DNA from: Balanoglossus misakiensis | Lineage: Eukaryota > Animalia > Hemichordata | Direction of reading: 5' to 3' | Length of the DNA: 64,000 nt | Assembly (NCBI GenBank): GCA_040954595.2 | Contig: CM082584.2 | Coordinates: 11,746,552 to 11,810,551 of the forward strand | Shown here: one piece after another, positions 37,601-49,850 of the stretch | How positions within the stretch are numbered: position 1 is the stretch's first letter | Layout of the letters: the number at the start of each line of letters is the position of its first letter | Program-made: the position numbers and the translations under genes | Notes under the pieces: generated by a model | Seen by the model: only the letters and a program-made list of their open reading frames with translations | Databases searched by the model: none | What the model was told of the DNA's origin: nothing

Positions 37601-40600
37601 CACGCGCCGACAGAGAGAAAAAAACGTCGAAATTGGTTTTGTAACCTTTAACGGATTTATTTTTCTGACAAGACTATTTGACATTTTCTAAACAATATCA
37701 ACCATGCTTTGACGTAGTCATTTAACTTATTAAAATTCATAGGCTTATTTCAGTAGAAACCGTAAAATATTCGACCTTTCCGAGGCACAAATATCATGGA
37801 GAATACTGTAATCGTATCCGCCCCATAGCAATGACCTTGGGTCAAACAACCTTCCCCTACTTACACAAAGTATTAAAGCTTACACGCGCAATCGAACGAT
37901 TTCTTGTTGATTTTCACCTTTAAAAAACAGTTTATATCTTCAGTTGTCAAAATAAATTTTAATTTTCTAGTGAATTCACCGAATTCGGCTTAAATAGTGA
38001 GTTAATTCGGCGGCATCATGCTTTTTTCGTTGCAAATTTATCCAAAGCCTTCCAACGAAGCTGGCGATCACGACAAGACCGATTCATTCATGCAGCGCAT
38101 GACGCAGCAGGGCGATACCACGCTAGCGCAGGGGTGGCTGTCGGGACGAGTGATGACGTCACAACCTTGGCACTCACCCACTTGCAAGTCGCATGAAAAG
38201 AACAGTGACATTGTCCAATATCGAAACCCCGACATGGCACCCGGCATATATATTTTTGTTCATTAATACGACTGAGCCATCGCCCTATACCGACTCAGTT
38301 TAATCCAAATCCAATCCGTCTCTCCGCGCCGTAGAATTGACGCGACTCCGGGGCCTACTGGGAATTTCGCGTTATGGGAAAACAATTCTCCGTAAGGTTC
38401 GTTCAACTTCCACGTCATAGACATATATTAAATGCAAAGAGCGGCACTAGTGTACGAGATGGAGCGACTGAATGAACGAACGTCCTTGTGTGGGCGTTCG
38501 GTGCAGGAAAAACACGCACGTTTCAACTCTTTACTCGTATAACACACACCGGTAAAGGATGCCCGAAGACTTTAAGTGCAAGGGAGGTTTTCTTAAGATT
38601 TAATAATATAACAGGAGACGCTAGCCAAGGTCGACATACAAGAAATTGAGCCATCGGTAATTATTTACATCCGCGACGTAGAAATCAAATGCACGAATTC
38701 CACAGACTAGAGAGCTGCGTCTAATAGTAAATTTTCCGCTTGCGATTATAAATTGTGGGGGGGGGGGGGGTCGGGTACACGCGGAAATAAATATAAATAC
38801 GACCCCTTTGACATTTTGCCACGCCTGCAGAAGGAAACATATTCGTTTACTGACGATTTCGTGGTGTTCGTCTATGTTCTCACAATGCTGGCAAATGTGT
38901 TGTTAACTACGAGAAATCGATTGCCCTCCGTGCGGGGGGAGGGGGGAGTCTACCAACGCCTAACAACATATGTCGGCATCCAAAGACAGCTTGTGGTCAG
39001 TTTCCCTGTGGGTGGTGTGGCGTGTCCAGTCCTGATCGCCACCCACTCGCCTCCTAAGGTGTAAATTAATGCAAACTATACCCGTGTGGGGTGTCTTCCG
39101 AACTGCCATTATGCAAATAGACACGCACGCATATCATAAAAAAAATCTTTCATGGACAACACAACAGCCGTACATGCCAGGGCATGTAATAGTACGTTTT
39201 TCCTTCATCTGTAAGACCAGTCCGTTTTTTATATAGTGAGCAGTATCTCTTTGTTTCGTATACTTGTGCCATGGTATGCTGTCTGCTTAAAACTATGAAC
39301 CTCCCCCGCCCACCCACGAATAAGAGTCCCAGATTTTTCAAACACACTTGTGCACCGCCCCTAGTAAGCCAGTGCGAGCCCCCAAATGTTTTTTGTGCGT
39401 CCCCACTCTCTCAGCAACAGATTGACCCCCTCGTCCAACTAAGACAAAGCAGAAAAGTTTTAACAATCATTCAACGGGTTGTATACCCCACCCATGTACT
39501 GGCCTGTGCCGCAGAATCGAAAAGAGAACTTTGGGCCCACAGGTAAAATATCACGGCCTTCCCACCCCGGCATGCCCACGCAGTCCCCTTTGGGGCATTT
39601 TGTTACAGGGTCCGCTCTAAATTAACTCTAGTGGTGCGTACTTATTTTTTCATGGAGCTAGGGCAGCAGAGTGCCTCTGTCGTTTCAAGGACAGAAACTC
39701 TAGCATCGATCTGGGGTGCGTGGAGAGTTCAATTTTGCTAAAGAGCCTAACACTGTACAGAGTTCGCAACAGCTGTGTCAATTGCGAAGGGAGACATCGA
39801 TAAGCTTTAACCACCACTGCGGAGAACCCCTTTGCTTTCCTATTGAAACCACAAGCAGACAAAACTCTCGTAAAATTCAAATTTCTGGTATGCTTTGACG
39901 GTCAACTATAGTTTCCCTAGGAAATGGTCGAACTGGCACGGTTTTCCTTTTTTGAAGGTCTTCCTTCCTAGTTTCAGCGGTCACCATGCACGGGTCAAGC
40001 GACCTTTGCAACGCAGAGCTGGGCGCTTGGCCAGAACCGGGGGCAGGGGAATTGGTAACGGGGGTTAGTCAATGACCACTTTTAATTGTCCCACACATAA
40101 ATACATGTCGATATTACTTTGCACCGCTTCTTTTCTGCACACGGCGTCTTGTTGAAAGCCGTTGCGCAAGCCAAGCCCAGAAGCTTGGCGTTGAGACGCT
40201 CATGAGATATGTATGCAAAACTAGTGGCCGCTTGGCGTGCCCTGACTGTTTCACGCCCATTGTCCACTACATACATACAAAGCTTTTCACGGGGCGATCT
40301 CACGGCATGGACAGCATTTAAATCTTGCAACTCCGTTAAAAAGCCAATTTGAGTGGCGTTACTGTCTGTTTTCGACAAAGGAAGCTGTGAAACGCGTTTC
40401 ACAAGTCTTTTAGCGAATGGTGGGCGACACCCGCAGGCCCACCTTGAAATCAAGCTGGTCGTGCCGCCCTGGAAGGTGTGCCCTAGCCGCGCAACCCCTA
40501 CATGTTGCGCGCACCCAAGCCCATTTACAATGATAAATTCGATTGTTAGGTGGGCGAGGTGGGACTGAAAAAGCAGAATGAAATACATATTAAGCTTGTA

Positions 40601-41214
40601 TATACTTTTTTGGCCCGCATTAGTTCTGAAACAACTTGTTTCTTTTCAACAGCGCAATCGAAGGCGCTCCCTCTTGACTTGCAAACGAGCCTGACTTTTA
40701 TTTCCGAGGCTTGTTGCCCCAATCGATCGATCGTTTGCGGGAGAGAATCTTAATGGCATAGTCTGAGTCTGAATACGCGAAAAAGAGAGAGAAAGAAAAC
40801 ATATTGAACGCGTTCATCTACATGGTCCCCCACGCAAAGCGGTGGGAACTGCTTGCCTTTAAAGGCCCTGTTGATAATAAAGGTTGCCTTCGCTGGGTCG
40901 ACGCAGCACAGCTGTGCAGGCTCTACTAGGTAACCACTAGTAAAGTGACGCCTGGTCTTATTTGTGGAAGCGACACCGCGCAGCGAGGCTTTCCTGGCTC
41001 TGAATAGGAAGGCCTCAAAGGCGTGGGCGGAGCTTGTCACCAATAGAACACAGGGAAGGTTGGACTTTTTTTTTTGGCCGAGAGTTTCGGTAAATATGCC
41101 AGCACCAACAATGCAGGCCAAACTTGCTTTTCAGCCCTGGTAACTGGGCAAACACAAGGTAATATCCGTTCCCCGGCGGCGCGCGGCCAACTTTTGTACA
41201 GAATTCATATTTAC

Positions 41215-41271
41215 CTGTTCATCTGTTAGGTTCTCAACGGCTTGCAGAAGACCAGGGTCGTGTCGGTGAGA
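41215..41271 (-). CDS. MIDN: Midnolin coding exon 3 (57 nt)
   Basis: TTCCAG acceptor and CAG|GTAAAT donor. SHRHDPGLLQAVENLTDEQ corresponds to the midnolin QALESLTETQ segment. Phase 0-0. Not in the ORF track. Confidence 0.88.
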
Positions 41272-41454
41272 CTGGAACGAAACAAAAAAGGGATGAATTA
41301 AAATCAACTATTGGTATCGCTTAAAAATGCAGCAAAGAAAAACACGTCAATAAATTTACACCAATGCAAACAGAAAAGACACGGATTAAAGTCGCACTGC
41401 AAGTCCAGAGATCGAGAAAAAAAGCGCATATGTGAACAAAAAATAAAGACCTAC

Positions 41455-41542
41455 CAGTAAGCCACTTTCCACGGCCGGCAAGAGGACCAACCTACAACCA
41501 TCCGACAAAGCGTTGCTTTCCAGGGTTCCATCTCGTAGTTGT
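41455..41542 (-). CDS. MIDN: Midnolin coding exon 2 (second half of Ubl domain)
   Basis: TAACAG acceptor. (R)QLRDGTLESNALSDGCRLVLLPAVESGLL. Donor CTG|GTAGGT, phase 2-0. Confidence 0.92.
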
Positions 41543-42091
41543 CTGTTAGAAAGGGTAAAAAAAAAGAAGGGCAAACGGATATGGTGAGTGTCGGCTTGAA
41601 TTGCCGGCTTCGCCGCACCGCCGACCATGCCAGCGAGGTCAAGGCAAGGGGGCACATAACTTAGGATGACTACACAATAATGGGGTCGAGAGCGGCCTCG
41701 GAAAAAAAGCACCGCAGCAAGCTTGGTTGCATTTGGGGGCTCAGAAAATCGCCCTTCCGTGAATAGTCAGCGTAAACACAAACGAGTTTTAATATTAAAA
41801 ACCAATTCAGGCCAATTCACAGGTCTCAGCGCAACACCATGGGTCGGGGTTTTCACACTTGTACTGCAAATATGGTCATACTCATAATGCGATGCTTGTC
41901 TCTAGCGTTGTGCGCACTGGATTCCATGGAGTCGGCGCTTTGTTCCGGCCGGCCCCAAAGATAATCCGACGGGGTTGATTATTTTTTTCGCTGACTGCAG
42001 CAAAGCCACGTAATATATTTATAGAGTAACCTTCGTTGCCGATCGTATCTACAGAACTATGGCGATTTAAAATGAAACAAACACACCATAC

Positions 42092-42309
42092 CTGTCTTTG
42101 AAGAGCAGCATGAGCTTCTCCTTGGGTGCTTTCAGCCTTTTCGCCAGTTTCTTTTTCAGCCCTTCGACCGTTTCGTTGCAGGGAACTTCGATCCTGAATT
42201 GGCCACCAGTACTTGGGTGGATATCTAGAGTCCAGTGTTCCGGACTGGTCGCAGCAGGACTGGTCGCGGAGAGCTTCCCGTTTGTTGCCGGTGTATTGTT
42301 ATTTTCCAT
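42092..42309 (-). CDS. MIDN: Midnolin coding exon 1 (start codon and first half of ubiquitin-like domain)
   Basis: MENNN..LDIHPSTGGQFRIEVPCNETVEGLKKKLAKRLKAPKEKLMLLFKD matches the midnolin Ubl. Donor AG|GTATGG, phase 2. The joined CDS is 1434 nt (477 aa). Confidence 0.93.
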
Positions 42310-43503
42310 AGTACCGTTCTTGTAGTCGACTTGTGATTACACTATCCTTGCAATACGACAAATCGGATCTGCCGGTACTCTGGTGACTAGCAGGGGAAAG
42401 AGAGAGAGAAGATTTTGTTACATATGTCTGTGGTGGAGACGTGGCCGCGGCAACAACGGCTAAGACTGGAGTGGACAACTAAAGGCAACGACAGTCCGAC
42501 GGTCCAGATCCCACATCATAGGCTGCGTAAGCCGTTCTGTCTGCCGAGTTGCGACCTTCCTCTCGTACACAATAGATTGATTCAGGAGGAGGTCCCCGCA
42601 GTGCTCCTACTAACGTGCTGTCCAATCACAACTGGGCAGCCAGTACGTGATTACGGGGAAGGTACATCAGTCGTCACTGTTATTGACATTATTTATCGGA
42701 GTCCGCATTTGCTGTTTTGTGTAAGATATGCGCTTGTGATTAGAGTAGAATAATACCAACCGCGAAAAAAACAAAAACAACCATAAAATTGGCCGGAAAA
42801 GTCACCCACAACACGAGATAAAAATACATTACAGTCGTAATTCTTCCGGCAAGTACCCCCCAAACCCCCCACAACCTCAATGGTATGATCTTTTTGCGTC
42901 ACTACTGATACATTGATAGAATATAAGCTATTTTTTGCTTTAGAATATCGTAGTGAGGGATGTTTTCCTACCATTTGACTCAACAGCGGAATCACAGCTT
43001 TCAAACACAGCTGACCTACTGTGAAACCGAGTCTTGAACGGCCCAAAGTAAGCCATTCGCCTCGTATAACCAGTTTTTCAACGCAATGATATTTCCCCCA
43101 AACGCCCCCATCACTGAAACGGGGGTCTTGAAACGGTACGTATATCCATTCATATTTTGCAAGCCATTCAGTGATCATGGGCGAAAAGGGAATATGAAAT
43201 AATATATATGTACATAAATACAGACTAGTAACTTTATGGTCTGCATGTTCAGGTTACGTGGGCTTCGCATTGCCTTTTTACATATTTAAAAAGTATTATG
43301 ACAAGCAATTATGCATTTTATGTATATCATTTTAAAAAGATAGTCACACAATGGAAGCTCAAATACACGCCTTTCCTAAAATTAATATACCCCCCCCCCC
43401 CAAATTATTTATCTGCAGACACACGTGTAAATGACCAAGGTGTTTCTATCCTGTAACTCCTCAATGTTGATAACGCAGACGTTTTATCCGTACCAATTAA
43501 ACA

Positions 43504-43585
43504 TCTCTTTCTCCCCCTATCTCTTTCTCTCCTTGCCCCCTCCCCCTCTTCTCTCTCTCTCTCTCAGAGAGAGAGAGAGAGAGAG
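43504..43585. repeat. Polypyrimidine tract ending in abutting (CT)n/(AG)n inverted microsatellites
   Basis: CTCTCTCTCTCTCTC directly followed by AGAGAGAGAGAGAGAGAGAG. Confidence 0.85.
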
Positions 43586-46500
43586 CCAACACGCAAGCTA
43601 TGAAGTTACCAGAGACAAAACGAAAGCCTGTGGCACCTCCATGTTCGAACAAAGCTTTCAGATGATGCACTTGGATCCCGATCGATAATATCTGATTCGT
43701 CGGGCGAGTTTCAAATTGACGATGGAGAGAGGGTATCGTTACAATCGATGTTTAACACGCAGTCATTGTTGTGAGTGTGTTTACTTCATTATCGTCGCGT
43801 TGCCGTGGGTGGGAACTTGTGCAAAGCTCCGTCCTTTATTTGAGATGGCGGAGGGGTAATTTATTCGTGGAATAGTTTAGTTGCATTGCGATGAAGGAAG
43901 CCCACCCCCGTTATCTCCGCGCCCTTGGTCCATCCTGTATGCGCCGCTTCGTGCGCCTTATCTGTGCGCGCCAGACATGCGCGCGGGCCGGGGTTGCTAT
44001 ATCAGCGTGAGCGCGGCTCAGATTTCCGCAGGCTCGACCTCGGTCACAAGGTCTTCATTTGCATCCTAGGCAACCAGTGAAACAATAGGATGACAATGGG
44101 TGTTTACACACCCGATTACGTCACTTGTTAAAATTTGAACGCGCAGGTCATGGACACTTGGCGTGACCCTGGCAAACGTCCAGGACGAGATGGTGTTTTC
44201 ATAGGAGACTGGAAGGCCAGCCTTGTGGTTTTCAAAAATGTCTCAGGATCTCGGGAAAGATGTAAACAAACAACTGGTTTGGGCTTCCCCACTTCCACGT
44301 AAATGAATTATGCAACAGCAACAATAGATTGTATAGAATCGTGACTGCAGGCATAGACCCTCTAGGGTCTATGGTCGGAAGCTAAAGCAAGGTGTATTCT
44401 TTGTTTGCTTTTACGATCGGTTACATCACGGTTCTTGCAAATCTTTGAAAGAAAACAGGCCATCAACTCGAGGGCTTCAATGTACGCGATGCAAATCAGG
44501 CAGATGGGGCGATCTCGTTTTCCCTGAATATAATTCCAGATCTGCCCCCCCCCCGCCCCTCGCGCCCCTCTATCAAAGAGGGTCCGAGACTCCGGAGGTA
44601 CCACCATGGACTTCACCATGGACTACCTTCTAGGCTTCTAGCTCCATGCACAGTCCATGGTACCACCGACCAACTACTAGTAGTACTAGTATACCACCAT
44701 AGCAGTAGCTATATACAGTACATTTCAAGCATTCTTTTGTTTTTACTTCCATTCTTGCGCTCAATTATTTTATGCAATTATTTTATCGCAACTCTCCGAT
44801 TGGCAAGAAACTGACCGAATAATGGAATGCACTGTTTGGACATTCTTAGTGGAACCCCAGTTCCCGCAACTTTCAGACTGAAGGCCATCAGTTCTAAAGC
44901 AAATAGCGGAAAGATTCTCGCCCTGCGATACAGACCTATATGTCTGAACAGGACAGAACCTGCATTGTCAGAGCAATACTGAACGGATGCTACGTATTAT
45001 GCAAATACTAATATTAGTATGTGGTAGCATCTTGTTCATGCATACTCGCGCGACCGTGCGTGTCTCAAGCGATTATGAGGTTTCCGGATGTTTAAATCTC
45101 AAGTCGCATTGTCCACGGGCGTGGGTAGTTCGTCTTGTCTTGACTTGAGTTTAAAGTGCCAAGATCAATGGAATTTGAATAAAAATAGAACCACGCTAGG
45201 AGATGTATCAGTTCAGATGCCATTTGTTCGACCGTAAACCATGAAATGGGAAGAGCGAGCATTATTGGTTGGTCAAGCGTGATTATTCGTGACACGTGGT
45301 TCAGACTGAAGGAACAAGCGGAGCAAGGACATCGGATGTGGTTATGTGTTACAGCCGACCTTTCGTAGAGGTGTTAGCCACTACACAACAAAATGTTTGT
45401 CAAACACTTTTATCGGACAGAAGAGTGATGCAAAAACGTTTCAATCATTTTCGCGGAGCCAGAGATTTCTTCCCCATCTGAGCGGTACACAAACTTGTAA
45501 CGCAGCTGTTGCAACGAACAGGCGTGGGTTTTACGACAAAATTTCTTTTCAAGTCCGTTTTTCCCCCGTTATTCCCCGACTTGGGCTTGGCCCCTGCGTG
45601 ACCCGGACACACGTCCAGACAGACAGACACCCCCTTCTCAGTCGTTATTTGCTGCGTCACTGTCGGTGTGGCAAACCACTGGTCACATAACCAATTATAA
45701 CCAATTATCGGGGTGGGTGGGATCAGAAACCCATGGAGACGGCGTGCCATGCACGACATCCAGGTGATTCTGGAGTCAGATGTTTACTGAGGATTCGGAA
45801 AGGCCACATCCGATCAATTGACCCCTCATAAAACGAAGTAGCCGGTGGGCCTTTATAATAGCAGTCTGCGAACAAGAGAAACACGTCGCATATCCTTTTG
45901 GTAGGGGTGAGAAATTGCCTTTTCATTATTGGGGACGGACCAGAAACCTATCATTTACTATTTTCCGCTACTTCTATCGTCTACAACTCGGATTCGTCTC
46001 GGTGTCTCATGTCTGATGTCGTGTGAGCTCTATCGTTTAATTACATCGACCAGATCTTCCTCCACACACTTCACCGAAGGAGGACCGATCACGTAGTACA
46101 GACTCTGACAGGCACGATAAAAAAATCGAAATTAGAAGATCTTTTTGTCGCTCGTGGCAGTCACGAAGAACCGCATCTTTGACCGCGCTTTTCTGATGTG
46201 AGCATGCGTTGAAAGAGTGAGTAGTCACGAGTTCTGCAACGAGGTGATGGGGTCGGCAAATCTACCAATGCGGCTGCATCACTAATTGAAAAATCGACTC
46301 AATTTGCTGCTTTTTCACGGAACTGTTACTAGTTATTTAGGAAAAAATGTACACCTACGCATTTTCTATACTGGCAGATCGAGGGATACCCTCTTTTGAG
46401 AGAGTTCATTGAACACCACATCCGCACGTCCACATATTTTTATATCTCGTGGTTTCCATGACAAATTATTGTCTTTCTCAAACGCTGTTTTTCAGCGGTC

Positions 46501-49500
46501 ACTGTGGTCTGGTTTTCTCGTATTTGTTAAAATGCCCTCGTCATTTTACCACTCTGACAGGGTACATCGCAGACTCATTTGCAGTAAAAGAAGAGGTTCA
46601 TCGTTTGTTTATTCATAGACAGTAGACTGTCTATGTTTGTCTGTTGTTTGTTAGTTTATTTGCTCCTACATTCGTCCGCATCGTTTTGATTCTCCACTGT
46701 GTTCTCGTTCTGTACGTCATGTCAGATTTTCGGCCTGCGCACTAAAAACCTTCGTTAAGTATAATGAATAAATTTATAATCGGGGCGATATGACATCCTA
46801 GTTTTCTTGGAAATTCGAGGTGGTTGCCTAGGAAACACAGCCACCTACACTGACGGGGGACGGGTTTTAGTCTCGTGCGCTTTTTGTTCTGTGAATTCTG
46901 ACGTCATTCTCGGTTTTTTTCGCCGCCGACGGTCTCCAGCCCCCGGCGAGGCTTGTCACGTCAGCCACGCTAAAATGTGCCTGCTGAAGCCGAATAAAAC
47001 GGCGGGCACAGATGATAGTATAGACTGCGATGTTATATAGAGAGACACTATCTTTGGTTTGGCACTCTGGGCAGCATAGTAAGTCGTCTGCTATCGCATC
47101 TTTTCATAATCCGATATATTATACCGGCATTATGGTTGCCAAGGCGACGCTATGACGTCGTATGTTTCGTGCATCGAAGGTTTGTAGTCATTATGTGATG
47201 GGCAGGGGAGATGTGTAACGAGTCGGCGTACGGTCATCGAACCTTTCTGTCGTGTCCCACAAAAATTCGGGGAGTTTGCCTCACATTAATTACGAACAAG
47301 TAAGACTTCAGTAATAGGTATATGTATACATCTGAACGAGATCTTTCTGTAACACGAAAGTGGGACATTGAATATCGTCGGCCTAAAAAGATGCTGACTT
47401 CACAATATCTCTTGGGAAGCGTTACCATGGCGACCCTTTTAAAGCGGCCACGTTCATATCTGACACTGGCGAGGGAACGTGGATTGCATTGAAAGAGAAC
47501 CGCTCGGGTCTCCTTTAAGTACATTTCATCATTTACCCGAGCGTTCGCTGCGACATATCTGGGAACAAACGGAGCAGATACCCGCGGGACTTTATTGTGT
47601 CACGACTGAGCGAACGAACGTCATCGGGCTCATCGTACCCTATGACATTTCGAGTTGACATTTGGGAGGGACACTAAACTTTCATTCGTGACCCTGCGAT
47701 ATTTTGTGAGTGATTCAGAAACAGCGTTGCTAGCGACTTGGCATCAACAATCACTGCATCGTGGAGACGGACGGCTCCGAAGGCACAGATTTTTTTTCGC
47801 CCATTCTTTGTGCAGCCAAGCCTTGCGCGTGACGTCATTGCCCTGACGCATGCGCGCACAAGTCAAGTCAACAGTATGAACAGCATGATGATGATTGAAA
47901 GGGCGTGCGTGGGAGATGTGTGACGGGTGAAGGTGATGTACTCGTTGAGTCGACGTTTTGTGGTACCAGTTAGTTTTACGGGCAGTTTCATCACCGCGAA
48001 CGTGCAACGACGTGAACAAAAATGAGACAATCAGGCTGAAAATGTGAATCATTTCCAAGACGTGGGATGATGGAAAAATGAGGGTATTTCATTAATATTT
48101 AAGTTCGAGAACACGAGAGATTTATAATTTGACTCGTGAGCTCTGTACACGCGCCCCGGGCTTTTCATTTTGGCATGTTAAAAGTAGTGTGTAGAGGGAG
48201 AAAATGGATTTTACATGCGGAGGTTTGGTAAAGTAGCCCCAGAACATAACAGTAACAGTGGATTACAGTGTCATTATTATAACAAGAGACGTTTTCAGTA
48301 AAAAGTTAACAAGGTCAGTGCAATTAGAAAAAAATACAGTTTTGGAATGACCGCCACAAAAACCTTGATGTTTCTGTTGACGTTGAGTGGTTTGTGTGAT
48401 CTCCAGAACCGACGCCCACGTGCGTTTGTTTTCCCCGGCTACTTATGTCGTGTTTTGGTTTAATGTACGGAAAGCACTTCCGGCGTCTGAAGGCCTTAAT
48501 CGACGATTTCCATTCAAGCCAAATATTTTTCAAGGAAACATCATTAACAGCGATCAATTATCGATATCTACGCGGAAAAAAACGAACAACAACAATAACA
48601 CAAGGAAAACAATATTACATATAGATGGGCTCATTGTACTTTCTTCGGCTACGTCACTGAGACCGATGATATCGTCACCGTCTTTACGTGGACGTGTGTC
48701 ATCCGACCTTTTCGACTCGCCATGCCATTACCGGTACGGCTTCAGAAATGAATTTTTAGTTTATGAACACACATCGTCGAAATCCCTCTTTTAGTCATAA
48801 GGATTTACTCAGACATCGGGAGTCATCGGCGAAATCGATATTTTGTCGCGTAATTAAACTTCTGTACCATGGTCGCGGCCAACGGCCTCTGAACGACGCG
48901 GTGACCCCGATCGCGACGATGTGATGGTATTGCGACTGGCAACACGGTGATACGAGTAGGGGGGTCACGGCACGGCTATTCAAATGGCACTGCCCTATTG
49001 TGGTATTAGCAGATTAGATTGACTGTCATACAAATCAGTAGTACTGGGTATGCATTGCAGAGAAACAGTGCGTAGGCGATCCTATGACGTCAGTACGTGG
49101 GATTCCACACCCTCATTTGCATATCTCCGCAAAACACGCCAGTCGGCATTTCATACGGAGAGAAAAAAAATACTGAAAAAAAATCCTCCGCGACGTGAAA
49201 TAATACAACGGACACGAATGAACGTTAGGAGAAGTCGTGATTTTTTTCCGCTGACATTTATCGAAACGCTACAAACATTTAAACGATGGAGAAGACGGAT
49301 CACGAGTGAACTTACTCTCACGACTCTGTACTCATCGTGTAGTCACGGTGCCAGCGATGTTCCCACTATGATAATATTAATACAACCGCATTAAAAAATA
49401 CGCATGCACGTGGTCGTTGTGCAAATTTTAAGTTCACATAATCCAAGCATATTTTAACGTTATATTATTGTGCCACGTGCCCATTTGGTCCAGCTTTTTA

Positions 49501-49609
49501 AATTGACGGAAGTAAATTAAAGAAACTACAAAACACGATCGCTTGTTAGAATAGGTATACATAATGTCCCTATCGCGGGGATGGTCCGGGCAGCATACCC
49601 AATAACAAA

Positions 49610-49850
49610 CGATTGTTTTAATAAAACATAAAATATGTGGTCCTTAAAATTAATGATATAGGAAGTGTACCACAAAGAAAGTGAACTGCCTAATACTTTA
49701 AACTCTTTTAAAAGAAAAGCGAATATATTTTACGACTCATATCTACTTACAGTGTTCACAGCCTATATACATACCTGTACTGTTGTAAACTTAGCCACCA
49801 GCCGCAGCGGGTACTGGAGTTTCCCCCCGAAAGATGTTACACATTTGCGA
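49610..49850 (+). mobile_element. Possible highly degenerate LINE 3' end
   Basis: The residual peptide ELPNTLNSFKRKA and an upstream frameshifted KYxGP-like stretch resemble the C-terminus of CR1/L2-type ORF2. Weak evidence. Confidence 0.25.

Noticed and set aside
40082-41121. 168-aa and 123-aa minus-strand ORFs in the midnolin intron
   Set aside because: No recognisable domain, and midnolin exons 3 and 4 already join as in the known protein.
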